Shown: positions 18,242-27,900 of the stretch, in pieces
How the letters are laid out: each line of letters begins with the position of its first letter
Position numbering within the stretch: the first letter of the stretch is position 1
Virus record (IMG/VR): IMGVR_UViG_3300046167_000825
Coordinates: 1-64,000 of that record
Strand: one strand, 5' to 3'
DNA length: 64,000 nt
Made by a program: the position numbers and the translations under genes
Notes under the pieces: model-generated
The model's database searches: none
Told to the model about the DNA's origin: nothing
The model's input: the letters and a program-made list of their open reading frames with translations, nothing else

Positions 18242-19756
18242 ATGCCATTTTTGTGTTCGGTTTGTGATTTTGAGGTGGTGAATAAGAGGGGTTTGGCGAG
18301 TCATTTCCGTCATAACAAGGATACTCACCCTCCTTACAAGGAATACCAAGTATCTCTTAAATGGTCTGGAAAGGTTGAGGGTGTTGATTTCATTAAGTGT
18401 TTGGAGTGTGGTTATCGTGGGAAGGCACTAGCCCCCCATCTCAAAGCACATGGTTTGACGGGTGCTGAATATCGAGCCAAGCACGGCAAGCATCTCCCTC
18501 TTCGTTGTGAGAAATCCTCTCAGATACGGATTGCTGCCATTAAGAAATCGAGGAGCAGTAAATGTTACGGGGGTAAGAAGTCCGTCCTCTGTGTGGATTG
18601 TGGCGTTTCCTACGAGGTGCATAAACTAGCGAGGGCGACTCGGTGTTCTTCTTGTAAGGAGCAAGCCCAGTGGGGAGGGAAGGTAGCGAACGAGGATTAT
18701 GTTGTTTGTTTGGATTGTGGTCATAAGGCAGAGAACTTGACGAGTCATTATATGAGTGTTCATCCCGATTATCGGGAGAGGCATCCAGATGCTTTAATTG
18801 TGGCATTGGGTTCAGTGATGAGGGACAAGGCTTATTTGCGAGGTCGAACATTGAGTGAGGAAACCAAGCAGAAGATGCGTGACAATGCTGGTCGTTGGAA
18901 CAAGGGGTTGACGAAAGAGGATCATCCGAGCATTATGGCAATCAGTGAGAAGTGTTTGGGTAGGGATTCTTGGAGTAGGGGCTTGACGATGGATCAAGAT
19001 GAGAGGCTTCAGCGAACTAGCGAATCTTTGTTGGCTTGGAATCGTGAGAATGACCGTGACTGGGAATCCTCCTTGAAGAAGAACTATCTCTTGTCGGATT
19101 TTGATCTTTATATGGAAAAGGATGGCAGTCTTGATCATGTGAGAGCGATGGAGGGTCTGGGTACGAGTTTCGTGACATTGAAAAAGTACGCCACCGAACT
19201 GGGATTGGTTTTTACCAATAAGTATGTGGAGGAGAGGTACGAACAACAGATAGTTCGCCTCCCAAAAAAGGCTTTCCAACCTTTTCTAACGAACACTGGT
19301 CGAGTGGATCACTATAAGGCAAAAGAGGTTTTGGTTGTTGGGTGGGAAACACTTCGGAGAGAAATGAAACGACACGGCTTGAAGATCAATCGAGTGTTGA
19401 TTAAGCAGTACCTCTGCCTAGATGCGGTATCAGAGGCATTGGGTGGCATACCTTATATGGAAGAATGGCAACACAAAGATTTCATCAACCCCGACACCAA
19501 TTATAGATATCGCTACGATGGTTATTTCAAGGAGATAGGTTTGGTGGTTGAGTTTCATGGTCACCAGCACTATGAGTATCCCAATGCGTTCCATAAGAGT
19601 GAGGAGCAGCACAAGGCGATGGTTGAGAGGGACAATCAGAAGCAAGCCTACATTGAGAACGCCCCTCATTTGGTGTATCTCTGTGTGCGAGCAGATGAGC
19701 CGTATGATGACATTGGGTATCTGAAGGGCAGATTATTTCAGATGGGTTTGGTGTGA
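18242..19756 (+). CDS. Free-standing homing-endonuclease-like protein: Zn fingers, NUMOD3, C-terminal Vsr/DUF559-like nuclease
   Basis: Repeated CxxC..H..H fingers; LSEETKQKMR and WNKGLTKE motifs; YRYDGYF..LVVEFHGHQHY; GGAGG RBS; extended -10 TGGTATAAT at 18208-18216. Confidence 0.75.
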   Translation: MPFLCSVCDFEVVNKRGLASHFRHNKDTHPPYKEYQVSLKWSGKVEGVDFIKCLECGYRGKALAPHLKAHGLTGAEYRAKHGKHLPLRCEKSSQIRIAAIKKSRSSKCYGGKKSVLCVDCGVSYEVHKLARATRCSSCKEQAQWGGKVANEDYVVCLDCGHKAENLTSHYMSVHPDYRERHPDALIVALGSVMRDKAYLRGRTLSEETKQKMRDNAGRWNKGLTKEDHPSIMAISEKCLGRDSWSRGLTMDQDERLQRTSESLLAWNRENDRDWESSLKKNYLLSDFDLYMEKDGSLDHVRAMEGLGTSFVTLKKYATELGLVFTNKYVEERYEQQIVRLPKKAFQPFLTNTGRVDHYKAKEVLVVGWETLRREMKRHGLKINRVLIKQYLCLDAVSEALGGIPYMEEWQHKDFINPDTNYRYRYDGYFKEIGLVVEFHGHQHYEYPNAFHKSEEQHKAMVERDNQKQAYIENAPHLVYLCVRADEPYDDIGYLKGRLFQMGLV

Positions 19757-19815
19757 TTTCCTTTTTTGGGGAAGAACTCTGTATATATAAATGAACATCT
19801 AACAAAGGAGTGTCT

Positions 19816-20025
19816 ATGTTCATTTTATTATCGGTCTGTTTCTTATTTCTCTTGTGGAGATATCGTCTTGTATCTCAGAAGTTGTCGCAAACCGAAGTGG
19901 CATTAAAAAAATCCAAGTTGCGTGTCCTAGATTACAAACAATCGCTTCATGAGGAACGCTTGTGGTCATTGGGTATTGGTTTGAACCGAAAACCCGATAC
20001 CTCTCCTATATCTACAGATAGGTGA
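19816..20025 (+). CDS. Small membrane-anchored protein
   Basis: AAGGAG RBS; N-terminal hydrophobic helix then coiled coil. Confidence 0.6.
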   Translation: MFILLSVCFLFLLWRYRLVSQKLSQTEVALKKSKLRVLDYKQSLHEERLWSLGIGLNRKPDTSPISTDR

Positions 20026-20060
20026 CTACTTGTCATAATTTCTCCAGTGAATGAGTGTTT

Positions 20061-20096
20061 GCCGATCTTTTTCTTTTGAAAGGGGTCGGTTTTTTT
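20061..20096 (+). terminator. Intrinsic terminator
   Basis: GCCGATCTTTTTC...GAAAGGGGTCGGT followed by T tract. Confidence 0.6.
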
Positions 20097-20126
20097 ATGT
20101 GTTTCCGTGTAGTATTTTGAACCCCA

Positions 20127-21245
20127 ATGATGGAGAACGAAATGTACACAATAAACACAAGAAAACCCAATTTGCCAGAGGGTGAAGAAGATCAGTACCG
20201 TTACTGCTGGATTCAATTCAAACGGGCAGAAAGCATTAAGAGGGATTGGGATTTCTATTTTTATATGGGGGGTCAATTAACCCGCATGTCAAACAAACAG
20301 TATGGGAGGTCTGGTTGTAGGACGGCATTTCAAAATGAATATGTTCGTACCGCCCTTTATTATGAACATGTGTATCGTTGTCTGATGTTTCTGATGAAGG
20401 AAAAGGATTTTGATTTTGAAAAGGTTATTTTCTACACCGATGACAAAAAGATTTTTTTTGCTCTCAATGAGTATAACTTTAACTTTGATGTTTATGAGCA
20501 GTGTTCCTACGACAAAGGGAAACCTCTATGGGAACTCCAAAAGAAGAAATGTCATGTTATCTACAACCCCGAACCCAGTAAAGAATGGGAGAAGATCAAC
20601 TCTGTTGAGGATGTTCTTTCTTTGAACACTTTGAAAGCACCTCAGCCCAATTTCGCCACCCAAGCGTTTTCTATACCAAAATCTCCACCCAAAAGAGACC
20701 CTCAGATATCTCCTCTGTTGGTAGCAAAAGCCAAGTTGAACTTTTTCAAAAATAGGGGTCAGATCCGTATGAAGGAAGAAACAGCAGAACCCGAATACTG
20801 TTGGATATTATCGAGGACGGTGTCCCGATCGACTAGGACTTATTATCACCACAAAGGTGAAACCCACGAATGGGAGGAAAATAATGTTCATGACTCAAAA
20901 GCCAAAATAGAGCGAGATTTATTAGCACATTTAAGCCAGAGATTGGAATCCACAACCTTTGTGACCACCTACCCCCACACAGCACATACCGTGAATGGTG
21001 TGGTGAGGGTGAAGACGGGGGAGCAAGAACTTGTTTTCATTCGAGAAAACCTTTCTGAGAGGGGGAATAGCCTCGTGGCGTTATCGAATCTCAGTTCCTC
21101 TTTTGACAAGAAGGGTTATGCTCAAATGATTCGGGATATTGACCAAATGTCTGAAGTATCCCAACCCAATCTGAGTGTCTTCGCACACGAAGAAATTGAT
21201 TTAGATGAAGTCCGAGCCGAAATAAGAAGAGAAGAACGGCATTAA
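20127..21245 (+). CDS. Hypothetical protein with an internal duplicated segment
   Basis: 372-aa ORF; QYRYCWIQFKR..YFYMGG resembles EPEYCWILSR..YHHKGE. Confidence 0.6.
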   Translation: MMENEMYTINTRKPNLPEGEEDQYRYCWIQFKRAESIKRDWDFYFYMGGQLTRMSNKQYGRSGCRTAFQNEYVRTALYYEHVYRCLMFLMKEKDFDFEKVIFYTDDKKIFFALNEYNFNFDVYEQCSYDKGKPLWELQKKKCHVIYNPEPSKEWEKINSVEDVLSLNTLKAPQPNFATQAFSIPKSPPKRDPQISPLLVAKAKLNFFKNRGQIRMKEETAEPEYCWILSRTVSRSTRTYYHHKGETHEWEENNVHDSKAKIERDLLAHLSQRLESTTFVTTYPHTAHTVNGVVRVKTGEQELVFIRENLSERGNSLVALSNLSSSFDKKGYAQMIRDIDQMSEVSQPNLSVFAHEEIDLDEVRAEIRREERH

Positions 21246-21249
21246 TTTC

Positions 21250-21279
21250 TTGCCAAGATCCTACAAATGTGGGTATGAT
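21250..21279 (+). promoter_or_regulatory. Sigma70-like promoter
   Basis: TTGCCA-N18-TATGAT upstream of the Hc1-like genes. Confidence 0.5.
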
Positions 21280-21337
21280 GCTCTGAGAGGCATTTCAACC
21301 TCACTTACACACACTAAAAACCAATGGAGAAACAACC

Positions 21338-21529
21338 ATGTCTGACAAGTCCGTAAAAGATAATGTTCAAGAACTACTGACAACCCTCACCTCTGCTCTC
21401 GAAGAAGCCGAAAAGTTTTCTGAGAAGGGAAATAAAGCGGCTGGAACTCGTGTCCGTAAAGCCCTCCTTGATGTGAGCAAGGGATGTAAAGATATCCGTC
21501 AGCAAGTCACCAATGAGAAGAACGCTTAA
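21338..21529 (+). CDS. Histone H1-like Hc1-family small protein
   Basis: EAEKFSEKGNKAAGTRVRKALLDVSKGCKDIR matches the Hc1 N-terminal signature. Confidence 0.85.
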   Translation: MSDKSVKDNVQELLTTLTSALEEAEKFSEKGNKAAGTRVRKALLDVSKGCKDIRQQVTNEKNA

Positions 21530-21563
21530 AATCCTTTTTGTATGATTGTTTTGAGGGTATGTT

Positions 21564-21815
21564 GTGATGACATACCCTTTTTTAATGGAGAAGATTCTTA
21601 TGATGTGTGAAGCGACAATACTAGCCATGATTGACACTATGAAAGACATGGCAGAAGATGCTCGTAAGTTTGAGGACAAGCGATTGATGAATGAATCTGC
21701 TGGGACTCGTGTTCGTGTCAAGATAGAGCCTCTGAGGCAACAACTGAAGGAACTACGAAAGATGATGTTGGCTATCCGAAAGAATAGAGTTGAGAGTGGT
21801 GTCCGAACTAGGTGA
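21564..21815 (+). CDS. Second, divergent Hc1-like protein
   Basis: EDARKFEDKRLMNESAGTRVRVKIEPLRQQLKELRK aligns with the upstream paralogue; start codon uncertain. Confidence 0.7.
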   Translation: MMTYPFLMEKILMMCEATILAMIDTMKDMAEDARKFEDKRLMNESAGTRVRVKIEPLRQQLKELRKMMLAIRKNRVESGVRTR

Positions 21816-21821
21816 TTTTCA

Positions 21822-21835
21822 ATAAATACTTTATA
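21822..21835 (+). promoter_or_regulatory. Putative late promoter motif ATAA-N6-TATA
   Basis: ATAAatacttTATA before the tail tube gene. Confidence 0.6.
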
Positions 21836-21899
21836 TCTCTGTATCATTAAGGTGGGGAGTTTATTCTCCCCTCTATAAAACAATCAAAGAGGTGTAATA

Positions 21900-22688
21900 A
21901 TGGCTAATCAAGATATGAACCCACAAAATGGCGTTCAAGGTTCTTCGTATTTGTACCAGTATGGCACAACCCCCAACACTCGTATCGTTATGAGTCAGAA
22001 GGTACGCCTTTTGACACCAGCATACGGTGGTGGCGATCAGTTGTACCAAATTGGTCTCGTATCAGATTTTTCTGGTGTTTCTCAAAGTAAATCACATGAG
22101 GTTGCTCGTGGTATTGGTTTCGGTGACCATATCGCAGAAATCGTCCCTGGTGTAACTTCCGAAGTGGGGATTTCGATAACTCGTGCGTTGATGTACTTGT
22201 CTAATATTTGGCAAGCGACTGGTTATGCTGGTGGAGTCGATGGTGCAGTTCGCTCATTGAAGCATCACAGATGGCCCTTCGATTTGGAATACCAATTGGT
22301 TTTCTCTACTTTGGCAGATGCAGACCTTTCGGGGTCATTCGCAACAGCAAATGACACTAGTACAAAAGCAAAGTCAAGCGAGCCTTTTCATGGTGGGCAT
22401 AAGAACTTGACCTACCCACAAGTTTCTGGTGGAGTTCAAGACACCACGCACAGTGTTTTAATCACAATGTACGAAGCGTGTTGGTGGACTTCTTGGGATC
22501 AAGCCAATATGACAGCAGACGGTGGGATGGTGACAGAGAGTGGTGATGCTCAAGTGACAGATGTTCACGATTATTCATCCACTTACGGTGAGTTCCTTGC
22601 TAGTGGTAATGACCCATCAATCGGTCAGAGAGCATCTATTCGTTATGGAACAACACCAAAAGGCGTTTCAGCACCAACACTTGGGTAA
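21900..22688 (+). CDS. Tail tube protein
   Basis: RGIGFGDHIAEIVPGV, RWPFDLE, ITMYEACWWTSW; position before chaperones and tape measure. Confidence 0.78.
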   Translation: MANQDMNPQNGVQGSSYLYQYGTTPNTRIVMSQKVRLLTPAYGGGDQLYQIGLVSDFSGVSQSKSHEVARGIGFGDHIAEIVPGVTSEVGISITRALMYLSNIWQATGYAGGVDGAVRSLKHHRWPFDLEYQLVFSTLADADLSGSFATANDTSTKAKSSEPFHGGHKNLTYPQVSGGVQDTTHSVLITMYEACWWTSWDQANMTADGGMVTESGDAQVTDVHDYSSTYGEFLASGNDPSIGQRASIRYGTTPKGVSAPTLG

Positions 22689-22707
22689 GATTAAGGGTAT
22701 ATTTTCA

Positions 22708-22853
22708 CGGGTCATCGACCTTGTACAATACTAGATATAGATATCAAGACATACAGATAAGCCAACACTTTCTTTGCCTCCCTTCGGGGATGGAAAACAC
22801 ACATTTTATACATACATATAAATATCTATTTTTTGTTCAAGGTTGATCCTCGT
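22708..22853 (+). ncRNA. Candidate structured intergenic RNA leader
   Basis: Outer stems 22714-22728/22833-22847 and 22732-22738/22822-22828; inner TCCC-TTCG-GGGA hairpin. Confidence 0.5.
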
Positions 22854-22877
22854 TTTATCACTAACGGAGATTAACAA

Positions 22878-23924
22878 ATGCTACTAGAACAACTCAAACA
22901 AGCCCTCCAACCCCTAGTCGAATTATCCCGTGCCGAGTCCATCGTTGATGTGATGGGCACGGAGATACATCTTCGTCTTCTTTCACCCGATGAGGAACTT
23001 GCTTGTCAGCAAGAAGCCCAGCAGTTTATCTCGGAGTTTTCTGAGGAAGACGAAGTGGAAGATTTATCCCGCACGAAAGCCATAAGATTCTTGGATGGAT
23101 TCCGTCTGGCGATTTTGTCTAGGGCTATCGTTCAGATAAACGAACTGGACTTACGGGATTTATTTTATCTCGAAACGGGAGAGGAACTCAAAAACGGTGT
23201 CAAAGTAAAGATTCTCAAGACACAAGCGGTTCGTGAAATCGTCACTCAGTTCCCTCGCAGCATTCAAGTTCACATTATGCAGAAGTTCCACATTCTGACA
23301 GAGAGTGTCAATGTTGTCGTGGAAAATAATATCGACACTGACTTTTCTGACGAGGATGCAGAAGTCCAAGCGATGGAAGAAGAACTCCAACGGAAGAAAA
23401 ATGCTGTAACGAATAAGAAGCAGCAAACTGAAGAAAACGATGTCCGTAAACTAATGCGAACTACAGCAAACCAAACGGAATCTTTTGTGTCCGAGAGAAC
23501 AAACACGGCACAAGACATCGAGAACAAATCTAAGGAAGCGTTTCAAAAACAAGAGGAAATGGTTGAAGAACCCGAACCTCAGCAAGTTGCTCCCCCAGAA
23601 GAACCAATTGAGAACATACCTCAAGTGCGAACTCCGATAACACCAGTTTCGGCAACGCCCCCTTCAGTGGGTCAGCCTCCTCCCCCTCCGAGAGAAGCAA
23701 ACCCCGAAGATTCTTTGGTGGTTGCCCCCATGAAACCAGCAACGAACTCAAATATCTTCCAAGAGCAAGAGTTGCCCCCTAGAAAAGTAGAGCCTTCTGG
23801 GATGCAGAATGGACTAGAAGTTTATAGACTCCCCACTCAAGAAATAGGGGAACACACCACTAACCAAACAACAGACACTACCATCAACTCACGCAATCCT
23901 AGATTCCGACACCCCAACAAATAA
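22878..23924 (+). CDS. Tail assembly chaperone with Pro-rich C-terminal extension
   Basis: Between tube and tape measure; IHLRLLSPDEE motif; acidic. Confidence 0.6.
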   Translation: MLLEQLKQALQPLVELSRAESIVDVMGTEIHLRLLSPDEELACQQEAQQFISEFSEEDEVEDLSRTKAIRFLDGFRLAILSRAIVQINELDLRDLFYLETGEELKNGVKVKILKTQAVREIVTQFPRSIQVHIMQKFHILTESVNVVVENNIDTDFSDEDAEVQAMEEELQRKKNAVTNKKQQTEENDVRKLMRTTANQTESFVSERTNTAQDIENKSKEAFQKQEEMVEEPEPQQVAPPEEPIENIPQVRTPITPVSATPPSVGQPPPPPREANPEDSLVVAPMKPATNSNIFQEQELPPRKVEPSGMQNGLEVYRLPTQEIGEHTTNQTTDTTINSRNPRFRHPNK

Positions 23925-23930
23925 TGGGGG

Positions 23931-24962
23931 TTGGCTATGAACCAGCATTCTCTCGACAGAAGACACCATTACAAAGATGTCGAACTTCTTATTGATCAAG
24001 GCTTCATTCTTCATCACACTTCTGTCTTGGGAGTGTCTTTAACTCTCCGTTCTTTGTTCCCTAGAGAGATACGGGAAGTGACAGCCCAAACACACGATAA
24101 GGGTGTTTTCTTTTATCGTTTGTGGGTGGTGGTTCGTTCTCTCTACTCCGTCAATGGGTGGTTGATCGATGACCCCCTTGAACTGTATTCCTTTGTCAGA
24201 CAATTCCCCAAAAAACTCATCCACCGTCTGTTCTATCAAACACTCGGTCTGATGAATAGATATCAACGATCAATGGAAATTGCACAAGCGTATGCTTACG
24301 AACCCTACGGTCGCCACACATGGTTCACCTACGGGCGTGACATCCCTCAGAACGGCTTTGGGCTTGTTAATGGGATACAAACCCTTTGGCAGTTCGTAAA
24401 CATCATAGAGGACAGATTTGAGGACTCCGAGATGCACTGGAATCATGCCAAGTTCATTGCTTCAGCGATGTCACCGAAAGGCGTGAAGAAGCAGAATAGC
24501 AAGGATGAGCAAGCGAAGAAGAAACGAGAGTCTGATAGGGAGCAATACATTCTGAAGGCATTGAAGTTTCAAGTGATGGAAGGTGATAGTGAAACCCCCA
24601 TTTTGGTCAATGCCAAAACAGATGAAGAATTGATGGCAGAGTACAAGCGTTGGGTTGCTGGCGAGCAAGATAATCATGACTTGATCGTTCAGAACTACAA
24701 GGAAAGTATCCGTGCTGGAATGGAACAGAGGGATGAAGAAGCGAGAGCGAGAGTGGCAGAACTGGTGGGTGATGGTGAGCGTGGGGTCTTTTCAGCCACG
24801 ACACTTATGGGTGAGGAAACCATTAAGGAAGCCTTTAAGAGCAGTGTTCGTAGCATAGAACATGAAGGATCGCAAAAGCGTCTATATAAACGCTTCTTAG
24901 GAAGGGAAGAAGTTGGGGGCGATTTCTTCGTTGACGAAAATGGGAGTGTTAAAAGACGATGA
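23931..24962 (+). CDS. Second tail assembly chaperone-like protein
   Basis: Immediately before the tape measure, 4-bp overlap; LTLRSLFPREI resembles the upstream gene. Confidence 0.55.
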   Translation: MAMNQHSLDRRHHYKDVELLIDQGFILHHTSVLGVSLTLRSLFPREIREVTAQTHDKGVFFYRLWVVVRSLYSVNGWLIDDPLELYSFVRQFPKKLIHRLFYQTLGLMNRYQRSMEIAQAYAYEPYGRHTWFTYGRDIPQNGFGLVNGIQTLWQFVNIIEDRFEDSEMHWNHAKFIASAMSPKGVKKQNSKDEQAKKKRESDREQYILKALKFQVMEGDSETPILVNAKTDEELMAEYKRWVAGEQDNHDLIVQNYKESIRAGMEQRDEEARARVAELVGDGERGVFSATTLMGEETIKEAFKSSVRSIEHEGSQKRLYKRFLGREEVGGDFFVDENGSVKRR

Positions 24963-27900
24963 ACAATAAAGAAATGACGAAAGCCATACGGGATGCCACG
25001 AAGGATTTTGAGCGATTAGCCGAAACACAAATCCGAAATGCCGATGAGTTCAATGCTCACTTCAGTGGATCAGTGGGGTTGATGAAATCCTTTGGGGATC
25101 AGTTGGGGGAGGCTTCCAAATTAATCCAACAGAACACGACCTCCCAAGCGAAGTCCGTGAAGCACCAACAGAAGTTAGCGAAGGAAACAAAGAAGCACTA
25201 CGATGAGATTAAAGAACAAGAAGCCGCGATTCTCGCACTCAGAACCGAAATGGAAGGCAGAGTCACAGCAGCAAGAAAAAAAGAAATAGAAGAAGAGATA
25301 GAAGCAGCGAACTATCTAATGGCAGCAGAGATGAAACACGCCAAAAAACTCTCTGATTTCCGTACATCAAAACTGGCAGAAGAAGATCAAGAGAGAGAAA
25401 CTCGCTACAAAGAATACATGGCTCTCACCAATAACCATAAGAAAAATATGCAGAAGATGGGTGCGTTTGGGAAGAATATGGGTGGCATGGCACAAGGGGG
25501 TGATATCGGTGGTATGGCGACTGGTGGTCTTGAGGGTGTCGGCTCAATCTTGAAACAACTCAGTGGTGTCGGTGGGAAACTAGGGATGGTTGCTGGTGCT
25601 CTAGGTGCTACTGTTGGTGTTCTAGGGGTGTTTGTGGGGCTTATGTTCCAAGCAGATAAGAAAGCCAAAGACATGAACAAGAACTTTATGGCTGGTGCAA
25701 GTGGTCTTGACCTTATGGGTAAGGCATTCGAGAAAGGCAAGATGACCGATAGGCTTTTTGATATGCGTGAGATGGCTTTCGATGTCGGGATGCAGTTCCG
25801 TATGTCGTCTGATGAGGTTGCAACATTGGCGAGTTCATTCAACCAGTTCGGCTTACGCTATGACGAAATGGCTAATATGGTTGGGAGTACGGGTGACCCC
25901 GTTAAAGCCCTTGAGGCAAATCTTCAAGTCGCTATCACCAAATCGAAAATGCTCGGTGTGGAAGCCAACACGGTCGCAGAGCAAATCGCTTCAATGAATG
26001 AGAACTTTGCGATGGATCTATCTCAGATCGATGATGCTTTCAGTGCCATATACATGTCGGCACAGACAACGGGTGTCGCCACACAGAAGTTCTTCTCTAT
26101 GATCACTCAAGTGACGGGTGGTATGTCCCTCTTGAATGTCGATTTCGCACAGACGGCAGCCATCGCTGGGGAACTTGTAGAGTCTTTGGGGGAAGCCGCT
26201 GGGTCTAAGTTCCTTCAAGACCTCTCCAATCGAGGACGAAGCAAATCGTACCAAGAGCGTTTCAAATCGGCTCTCTTGTCGGGTGGGAAAACCTCAAGGA
26301 TCGGGAAGAAGGGTGTCAAGAGTCGAGCAGCCGCATTGGAGCAAAGTTCTGGCTTCAGAACCCTTACGAATAGTGATGATTTTAAGAACACCCTCCAATC
26401 TTTAGGTGTGGATAATTTTGATTCTAGTGACATCATCGGGTCATTTAAGAATATGACCATGAAGCAACAACGGAACTTGATTGCTTCTTCGGGGAACACC
26501 TCTATTGGTGGTTCAGCCGAGATAGAACGACAACTGCGTGCTTTACAACAACTCAACATCTCTAGCCAACAAGGCGGTATTACGGGATCAGCCGTTCAGC
26601 AAGGGCAGTTCAATACTGGTGAGAATATGGCTCAGTTCTTGGCAGAGTCTGGGGCTTTCGCAGACCTCTCGAAAGGACAGTCACTCGGTGGGATGTCAAG
26701 GGCAGTCCTTGAACAGATATCGGGGAGATCGGGTATGGAGGTCGATCAGATGGTGACGATGGTCGATAAAATGAACTCCAATATGGGTGTCGTTCAAACC
26801 TACTCCGAGAGAATGGACAAAATGATGAAGGAGGAGGGGATGACGGGTCAAGCAGCCCTTGCTAAACTCGCCCAAGAGAAGAATATGGAGACTGGGGAGT
26901 TCCAAAAGATGCTTGAAGAGCAGTACAAACTCACTTTAGGTGCAGATGGGAAAGTTATGTCGTCTGTCACTGGGACAGAGGTCAAGGATCTTGAAGGCTA
27001 TATGATCAATATGGGTGATTCCATGAAAAGCAGTGTAGAGCAAGCCATGTCTATGGAGGACGCTATGACATCCGAGATTGTTAAGAACACTGCTTCAGCA
27101 TCGGCAGTGTTAGAGAATGTGATTGGGAAATATCTCAATAAAATATCGGGTTTTGTAGAGGGGATTTACGAATGGCTATTTGATAGTAAAGATAAGGAAG
27201 CAGATCAGCAGAAAGCCAAAGACATGGTGACGATACTTTCTGACGAGATGGATAAACTTTACAAAAAAAGAGAGGATTTGGAGGCAGTTCAGTCTGATCT
27301 TGGTGCAAAGGTGAAATCGGGCAAAGCAACTGCGAAGGAGAAAAGCATTTATGAGACAAATGAGCAAGCCCGTGAATTGCTTGATATCGAACTAGATGTA
27401 AAGTCAAGACAAAGAACTGCTTATCAAAGGTCTGGTTCTTACAGTGGTGCGAGAGGTGAGGTTGGTGAGATTCAACGAAGGGTCACCGATAAAAAAATGG
27501 AGATTATGGGTTCAAACTCCTTCCAACAGATTGAAGAGGGCTTGATTCGAGCACGCAATACTATGATCGATGACTATGAAACCTATGCTCGTAATGCGAT
27601 GGGACGAGAAGAGGGGGATATAGTCACACACGATAGAGGGTTGTTAATGTCAGAAGCCGACTTAAAGGAGGACACGATGGGGTACATCCAACCTCTCCTT
27701 GATCAAGGCTTCTCTATTGATGAGATCAAGCAAGTGATGGGGTTGCAACCTACCCCATCATTGAAGGATCACAGTGGGAATTACAGTGAGGATGGTCTTG
27801 TCTCTCTCGCTTTATTTGATCTACAAAACGCAGCGACAAATGGGAGGGGGGCTAATGCTTCTTCAATTACCCCCACCCTTTTGAGTTCGGAGGCATCTGG

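Noticed and set aside
23880-23940. Lambda G/GT-type programmed frameshift between tail chaperones
   Set aside because: No clear slippery heptamer; the two ORFs are in the same frame, separated by a TAA stop and 6 bp
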